Part shown: positions 59,001-64,000 of the stretch, piece after piece | Layout of the letters: each line of letters starts with the position of its first letter | Numbering within the stretch: the stretch's first letter is position 1 | NCBI GenBank assembly: GCA_036676395.1 | Contig: JAKFCY010000002.1 | Location: forward strand, 1,024,001 to 1,088,000 | Reading direction: 5' to 3' | Source of the DNA: Bdellovibrio sp. | GTDB lineage: Bacteria; Bdellovibrionota; Bdellovibrionia; Bdellovibrionales; Bdellovibrionaceae | Length of the DNA: 64,000 bases | Made by a program: the position numbers and the translations under genes | The notes under the pieces: generated by a model | Databases searched by the model: none | What the model was told of the DNA's origin: nothing | What the model saw: only the letters and a program-made list of their open reading frames with translations

Positions 59001-61562
59001 GTTGGAGTAAGTAACTTTCGTGCGCCAACAGCAGATAGTTTCAGGATTTTTAACCACGACGACCAGAGCACTGGTAATGCTTACGGCACTGGTGATAATA
59101 ACGCGATTATTTTTGAAAATGTCGACAGTAATAATCCGGCACCAGATGACAGTTTTTATTTTATAAATCATGGATCGGCTGGACCTGTGCTTGCCTTGGC
59201 CATTAAGGGAAGTGGCAATGTCGGTTTAGGCCTAACAAACCCAACTGCTAAATTACATTTAACTTCTGGTTCGACTTCAATTGCGCCAGTGAAACTGACA
59301 GCGGGTAATTTATTATCAGCTCCGCAATCGGGAGCGATTGAGTATGACGGAACATCTTTTTACGTAACTGATGGTGCAAATTCGCGTAAAGCTCTTCTTA
59401 CTGATACAAATGGTTATTACGCTGTTAATACTCTGACATCTGCCGGTCATATGATTTTAGCACCGACGGGTTCAGTTTTTGTTTCTTCGACCGCTGTTTC
59501 AACCAACTCGAACACTGGCGCATTAGTAGTGAGTGGCGGAGTAGGTGTTGGCGGAAATATTAACGCCGCTGGAAACATTTCAACTACTGCAAATATGCAA
59601 GCGGCGTCGATCACGGCGACCAGCGGATTTATTTCTCCGTATATTGCTGGTGGTGTGGCCTCAGGTGGTGCGATCACAATTGATTCAACGACAAATGCCG
59701 GTAAAGGAAATATTTATTTAAATCCTAATGGCGGCAAAGTAGGTATTGGTTATAATTCACCAGCCGGAAAACTTCATATCGGTGGATCACTGTCTGGAGC
59801 TTATCGTTCATGGATGGATAACGGTATACTGATTGGAAAATCTGGTGATAGTGATGGTGGTTACTTTGGTCTGAAAGACGAAGGCGTGAATCGTCAAGAT
59901 ACCGTGATCGCCTGGGGCGATGATGCGACTGAAACTTTAAGATTTATTCATACTGCAAGTGGTGGCGCTTCTGACGGTGCTGAAGCCATGCGAATTACGG
60001 CTGCCGGCAATGTCGGTATCGGAACATCAGCACCTGCCCAGAGATTATCGGTGAACGGTGATATGGGTATTACCGGTGATTTGAAAATGAATGGTAACGA
60101 TAGCTATATTTGGACCAACGGAACAGGTACAGGATATACAGGAATTTGGGATACAGCTAATTCTAGACCATTACTTTTTACTTCTGAAAATTCAGGCAAC
60201 GTAGGTATTAAAACGACAGCTCCAATTACAGAGCTAGATGTCAGCGGAAGTGTTTTGGTTCGTGGGCAAAATATTTTTATGAGTCATGATGCTGGTACAA
60301 ATGTGAATAATGATTATTTTAATTACGATGATAATGCAGTTTTGGGTACTGGCGGCGTGTTTTCGTTCTTTGCAGATTCTGCGCGTGGCCTAAGTTGGAC
60401 TGGCGCGAACGGTGCTATAGCAGCTCGGGCTGGGTATTTCGTAAATAACGTATCTATCGGAACATCAGCAACGACGAGAAACCTTGAAGTGAATGGTTCA
60501 ATCAATGCCGGTGGTATGGTGGCAGAGACTTTTACTTTCGGAATCGATGGCACTGTGAATGGAACGTGGGCTATTGGCTCTTTATCAAATAATGGAACTG
60601 TCGTGCATGCAACGTTTGATCTTCACGTGCATAACGGAAGCACGATTGATGCGTTGAAGTTTCAAGTAAGTCTTCCGACTTATTCAAATGGAACTTTCTA
60701 TTCAGGCTGGCAAGAGCTTCCGGTCGCATTTGGAAGCTCGGCATGGAATGGTCAGAAAAACTATGTTGTTGATGTGTTGCGTACGTCGGCCTCTTCAGGT
60801 AATCCGATTTTCTTTCGTGTCAGAAATAAAGGCGGGAATGGATCAGCTTCAAGTATGAAAGTGCGTATGACTTATAACAGTGATCAAACTTTTACCCGTA
60901 TCACTCACCAAAATACTGTCGGTACTGCATTTAATGCAGGAACTGCTGCAGCCGGTGGTCCGGTTGATGGTATGTATGGAGCGCTCGAGTATTCATTTCC
61001 GGTAGCTATTGGTCAGGGCTGGAAACCAACAAATCATGATGGTCTATTTGTTAAAAACAGTGGTTATGTCGGTATCGGCACAAGTACTCCAAGCGAGATG
61101 TTAGAAGTCAGTGGCAGTGTGAAAGCCACATCTTACTTATACACTTCTGATCGCAGATTAAAAAAAGATATCATCACTTTGCCAGATGCTTTAGCTAGCG
61201 TCTTAAAACTTCGCGGGGTAAATTTCGTTTGGAAAAACAATAATGAAAAAACCGTGGGTTTTATCGCGCAAGAAGTTGAAGAAGTTTATCCTGAACTGGT
61301 AAAAACTGATAAAGTCTCAGGTTTTAAAGCGGTTCAGTACGGAAATATCGTAGCAATTTTAGTTGAAGCGATTAAACAAGAAAACAAAGAGCGTTTAGAG
61401 GCGCAAAATCGCTGTGAAGCTCAAATTGCAAACGTGCAACGTTCAGTGGCTAGTGTCAGTGATAAATCGGATGCGCGTATTAATCAGCTTGAAAAAGAAA
61501 ATCAAGAGCTTAAAAACCGCTTAGAAAAAATCGAGAAATTCTTAAACGAAAAAGTAAAATGA
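56094..61562 (+). CDS. phage-tail-fibre-like trimeric adhesin with C-terminal S74 chaperone (MAT-like)
   Basis: signal peptide, VPYA motif, repeated GNVGIGT units, SDRRLK...GFIAQEV S74 domain, terminal coiled coil. Confidence 0.88.
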   Translation: MVNVRWQIKNLNLFAIVFVFIFMNTLSVFAAPNRTTYQAKIVKPDGYPLESSSVNFKFTILDPTGSCILYAETYSSVNMSTTGGLISFSLGSGVKTYPVSATTFEQVFSNITPTLSCDAGGPPSYSPASSDARKIVMQFHDGAGWQTLPAMSINAVPYAMYASEASSLNGKTDADFVQLAAMPTCLTTEALHYNGTSFSCVNTASVSAAAVVSALGYTPADAVSVTALSSSLATTDSAVSAVSASVFSVAANVASVSSSVFAVSSTVSLLANTVSAITSSQWTSSGTAVYYNSGNVGIGTDNPITTLEVNGAITATNGAGTLNLRAGAVQDHTYMQFFARSASPTTRTGYFGYPSVGTNQLNIFNETATGAIGFGTSGTSRMVITSAGNVGIGLLAPVTKLEVSGGVRISMEAAACSVSYAGTLRYNSGLVEYCNGASWSAFGVAGAGITLVNGSSSGTQTFVTGISGTNFNITTNNGVHSFNIPLAASASVTAGLLSNADYVTFNNKVSATSSSVISALGYAPASASTVATVQADINSVSAAVAATNTNVAAVSSTVAALQSSVTSLSSNTAASFAAITSSQWVTSGSTINYSAGSVGVGTAAPVTKLEIAGGVKISMEAATCAVSFAGTLRYNSGSVEFCNGTTWAAFGVSTSGLTSLNGSSSQTQTFANGATGTQPAYVTANGVHILNIPLAATGSVTAGLLSNVDYVSFSNKVNATSAAIISALGYTPANNAASGTYAVKSNNLSDLTSATVARTNLGLGSISVLNSVDLSGSQATGTLAAARLPAFSGDATSSVGSAILTLTSVGSGVTSGSQYTKVTVDGKGRVTSGAQLSVTDVTTALGYTPASASASTQWVTSGTTINYSAGNVGIGTAAPQGPLHILSSSPNAIVLERSNSNNSHIEYKNTAGSVYAGLNSGGSYAIGPNLNLSSSPFLTVTSATGNVGIGIASPQEQLHLSRVLKFTNSVGVSNFRAPTADSFRIFNHDDQSTGNAYGTGDNNAIIFENVDSNNPAPDDSFYFINHGSAGPVLALAIKGSGNVGLGLTNPTAKLHLTSGSTSIAPVKLTAGNLLSAPQSGAIEYDGTSFYVTDGANSRKALLTDTNGYYAVNTLTSAGHMILAPTGSVFVSSTAVSTNSNTGALVVSGGVGVGGNINAAGNISTTANMQAASITATSGFISPYIAGGVASGGAITIDSTTNAGKGNIYLNPNGGKVGIGYNSPAGKLHIGGSLSGAYRSWMDNGILIGKSGDSDGGYFGLKDEGVNRQDTVIAWGDDATETLRFIHTASGGASDGAEAMRITAAGNVGIGTSAPAQRLSVNGDMGITGDLKMNGNDSYIWTNGTGTGYTGIWDTANSRPLLFTSENSGNVGIKTTAPITELDVSGSVLVRGQNIFMSHDAGTNVNNDYFNYDDNAVLGTGGVFSFFADSARGLSWTGANGAIAARAGYFVNNVSIGTSATTRNLEVNGSINAGGMVAETFTFGIDGTVNGTWAIGSLSNNGTVVHATFDLHVHNGSTIDALKFQVSLPTYSNGTFYSGWQELPVAFGSSAWNGQKNYVVDVLRTSASSGNPIFFRVRNKGGNGSASSMKVRMTYNSDQTFTRITHQNTVGTAFNAGTAAAGGPVDGMYGALEYSFPVAIGQGWKPTNHDGLFVKNSGYVGIGTSTPSEMLEVSGSVKATSYLYTSDRRLKKDIITLPDALASVLKLRGVNFVWKNNNEKTVGFIAQEVEEVYPELVKTDKVSGFKAVQYGNIVAILVEAIKQENKERLEAQNRCEAQIANVQRSVASVSDKSDARINQLEKENQELKNRLEKIEKFLNEKVK
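57262..58294 (+). repeat. intragenic duplication, ~410-bp units at a 624-bp offset
   Basis: APVTKLE..GGV.ISMEAA.C...ISALGY.PA occurs twice (about 57262-57670 and 57886-58294). Confidence 0.85.
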
Positions 61563-63025
61563 AAAAGCTTTTAGTTTTATTGCTTTTCATGCCCATGTTG
61601 ATCGCAATTAATAACCTGACTGATGGTTTTCGTATTGCTGCCAATGGCGGCGAAACAAGAGTTTACGCCAAAGACGGTGGGGCGCAAGGCGCATGTTACG
61701 CCGTCAAAAATCATCATGCGACGAATGATTTATTTGTGCCGACAAAATCCACGGCAGAGTGGACTTCATTTGTTAGTAATACTCCAACATTTGTAACTAA
61801 AACTTTATGTCAGCCAAAATCTTGTCTTGAAATTAAAAATTTAATGGGAAATCCCGCCGATGGTTTATACACCATCGATTCTGATGGTGACGGTGCGAAT
61901 ACCGCGTACCAAGCTTATTGTGATATGACCACTGATGGCGGTGGCTGGACCAGAATTTTTCGTCATCATCTGCAAGGCGGATATTTTGCGACGGTCTCTG
62001 GTGCTATCACTGCAAATATTGCAACCCCGACGGCAGATCTGTATTCAGTGTTAGATAAAATTCCTGATTTTTTAGACAGCGGAAAATATAAATTTCGCCA
62101 AACCTGGCCAGGTTATGCAAAGAAAAATATTTGGCTGCAATCGACTAATCCACTTTTGGATGTGGATGCGGCAGGAGTTGTAGCAATTGCGGTGAATGCC
62201 CATAGTGATACTAGACAGCTTTACTGGGGCGGAATTGAATTGGGTAACGGAACTCATAGCGCAACTAACGGAAACGCCTCTTTGTTAGATGGATCTGTTG
62301 AACATACCAATTGGTTTTACGGCATAGGGCAAGCCTCGGTTTGGAATTCGGGAATTCCTGCAGACACCTCAGTGTCTTCGCTTGGTGTAAGTGAAACCGT
62401 TTTATGGATTAAAGATGAAGGTGTCTACGCGTATCGTAATTCATGCAAAGCGATTTTGGATGCGGGTGAGTCAACCGGAAATGGACTTTACACGATTGAC
62501 CCGGGCAGTATGGGTTCACCGCTTCAAGTTTACTGTGACATGACCAGCGATGGTGGTGGCTGGACGCGAGCTTTTTATCACACAGCCTCGGGATCGCTTT
62601 TTGTGAACAATGCAGAAGCGCTTTCAAGCAATCAGGCAGCACCACTGACGACAACAAAATATTCTATTTTAAGTCGCCTGTCAGGATTTTTGCGTGCCGG
62701 AAAATTTGAATTAAAAATAGATTGGCCAGCTAGTCCGAATCCGAATATTAGAAATTGGTGGACACAAACTAGTGATTTTACTTCGCAACCCGTGGCAGGT
62801 TATATCGGCGTTTCAATCGGCACATCAACCCAAGGTTGGGGCGGGCTAGAGTACGGAACTCCGGGCACAACGCTTGCCGATGGTTCGGTGGGAACAGGTT
62901 CTTATTGGTATGCGATAGGTTTAAATGCACTTTGGGGAGCAAACAATCCGGGGTTGCCTTCGTCGGAAGAAGTCGCTGGCGCGCCAGACACTGGCGTGCC
63001 CCGAGTCGAACTCTGGGTTAAGTAA
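61559..63025 (+). CDS. secreted protein with two fibrinogen-related (YCDMxxDGGGW) domains
   Basis: SC..I...GLYTID...YCDMT.DGGGWTR twice; ATGA overlap with the fibre gene. Confidence 0.85.
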   Translation: MKKLLVLLLFMPMLIAINNLTDGFRIAANGGETRVYAKDGGAQGACYAVKNHHATNDLFVPTKSTAEWTSFVSNTPTFVTKTLCQPKSCLEIKNLMGNPADGLYTIDSDGDGANTAYQAYCDMTTDGGGWTRIFRHHLQGGYFATVSGAITANIATPTADLYSVLDKIPDFLDSGKYKFRQTWPGYAKKNIWLQSTNPLLDVDAAGVVAIAVNAHSDTRQLYWGGIELGNGTHSATNGNASLLDGSVEHTNWFYGIGQASVWNSGIPADTSVSSLGVSETVLWIKDEGVYAYRNSCKAILDAGESTGNGLYTIDPGSMGSPLQVYCDMTSDGGGWTRAFYHTASGSLFVNNAEALSSNQAAPLTTTKYSILSRLSGFLRAGKFELKIDWPASPNPNIRNWWTQTSDFTSQPVAGYIGVSIGTSTQGWGGLEYGTPGTTLADGSVGTGSYWYAIGLNALWGANNPGLPSSEEVAGAPDTGVPRVELWVK

Positions 63026-63045
63026 TCTTAACATGATTTAGGTTT

Positions 63046-63119
63046 TGTTTCATTCTGAAACAGTCCAGTAAACAAAAAACAAAATTAATCTTCATTTTAA
63101 TGTCAAAAATACCGACAAG
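63046..63119 (+). promoter_or_regulatory. conserved upstream block of fibre gene 2
   Basis: perfect palindrome TGTTTCA-TTC-TGAAACA, GTAAACAAA, TGTCAAAAATACCGACAAG. Confidence 0.55.
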
Positions 63120-63128
63120 AATACTGTG

Positions 63129-64000
63129 ATGGACGTTGCTGGAACCACTAAAAATTTGAATGTTTTTAGATTGTTAGTCGTTTTTATTTTTTTAAACGCG
63201 TCGCTAGCTTTTGCCGGTCCAAATCGCACAACTTATCAAGCCAAAATTATGAAGCCTGATGGTTACCCCTTAGAAGCTTCAACCGTAAATTTTAAATTTA
63301 CAATTTTAAATCCAGTGGGCGATTGTATTTTATATGCTGAAACTTATTCTTCAGTGAATATGTCTTCAACAGGTGGATTAATTTCTTTTGCTCTGGGTTC
63401 TGGAGTAAAAACTTATCCAGTATCGGCTACAACTTTTGAACAAGTTTTTTCTAACATCACACCAAGTTTATCTTGTGATGCCGGTGGCCCTGGGAATTAT
63501 GTGCCATTGGCCAGTGACTCAAGAAAAGTTGTTATGCAGTTTCATGACGGTGCAGGATGGCAGACACTTCCTGCAATGAGCATCAATGCGGTACCGTATG
63601 CGATGTATGCCAATGAATCTTTAAAATTAAATGGCAAAGCTGACACTGATTTTGTGCAGGTCGCAGCGATTCCGACATGTCTATCAACTGAAGCCCTTCA
63701 GTATAACGGAACCAGTTTTTCATGTATAAGTACGACAAACGTTTCTGCAGCCGCTGTTGTTGCAGCTCTGGGTTACACGCCGGCAACGGGTGCAAGTGTT
63801 ACAGCACTTTCTTCTTCGTTATCAACAACGGATGCAACTGTAGCTTCGGTTTCATCAGCAGTATTTTCTGTATCTTCAACGGTGTCAACTTTAGCAAGCT
63901 CTGTAGCGGCAAGTTTTACTTCGATCACTTCATCGCAGTGGTTAACCAGTGGTACGGCGATTTCATATGATTCTGGATTTGTCGGTATCGGCACAGCATC
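63129..64000 (+). CDS. second fibre adhesin paralogue (runs off the window end; absent from the ORF track)
   Basis: hand translation MDVAGTTKNLNVFRLLVVFIFLNASLAFAGPNRTTYQAKIMKPDGYPLE..., open to 64000 and closely similar to the N-terminus of 56094. Confidence 0.9.
   Translation, partial: MDVAGTTKNLNVFRLLVVFIFLNASLAFAGPNRTTYQAKIMKPDGYPLEASTVNFKFTILNPVGDCILYAETYSSVNMSSTGGLISFALGSGVKTYPVSATTFEQVFSNITPSLSCDAGGPGNYVPLASDSRKVVMQFHDGAGWQTLPAMSINAVPYAMYANESLKLNGKADTDFVQVAAIPTCLSTEALQYNGTSFSCISTTNVSAAAVVAALGYTPATGASVTALSSSLSTTDATVASVSSAVFSVSSTVSTLASSVAASFTSITSSQWLTSGTAISYDSGFVGIGTA

Noticed and set aside
56094..61562. Prophage tail gene
   Set aside because: Has a Sec signal peptide and a tandem paralogue, and no other phage genes are adjacent; fits a host adhesin
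63583..63994. Short ORFs listed at the window end
   Set aside because: They lie within the truncated second fibre gene starting at 63129

Overview
An AT-rich bacterial chromosome segment. Its gene content points to a predatory Bdellovibrionota (Bdellovibrio/Pseudobdellovibrio-like) genome; this is an inference from the phage-tail-fibre-like adhesins with an S74 chaperone, the TIGR02147-type HTH protein and the many secreted hypotheticals. Most of the window is core housekeeping: tRNA-Lys and tRNA-Glu, purA, holA, prpDBC, tamB/tamA, efp, ruvCAB-lpxC, ald, split comEC with dprA, lptF, trxA, a dihydrouridine synthase, fumC and a UvrD/Rep helicase. There is an accessory region at about 1-11.8 kb, including an AT-rich islet next to tRNA-Glu, and a fibre-adhesin cluster at 56-64 kb. 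No CRISPR array, rRNA, integrase or transposase was seen. The most notable signals are: (1) a dispersed ~57-bp hairpin element in three copies with five compensatory base-pair changes; (2) a candidate stand-alone sRNA between convergent dprA and lptF with two AUGGAU stem-loops (CsrA-sponge-like); (3) a fibre + tandem fibrinogen-domain gene + second fibre array whose fibre genes share a conserved promoter block; (4) a coupled two-gene membrane/Cas2-VapD-like module beside tRNA-Glu; (5) a GcvH homologue whose lipoyl lysine is replaced by Arg; (6) a repeated 22-bp palindromic operator near a Fur-family gene. All functional calls come from motif recognition by eye, with no database searches.
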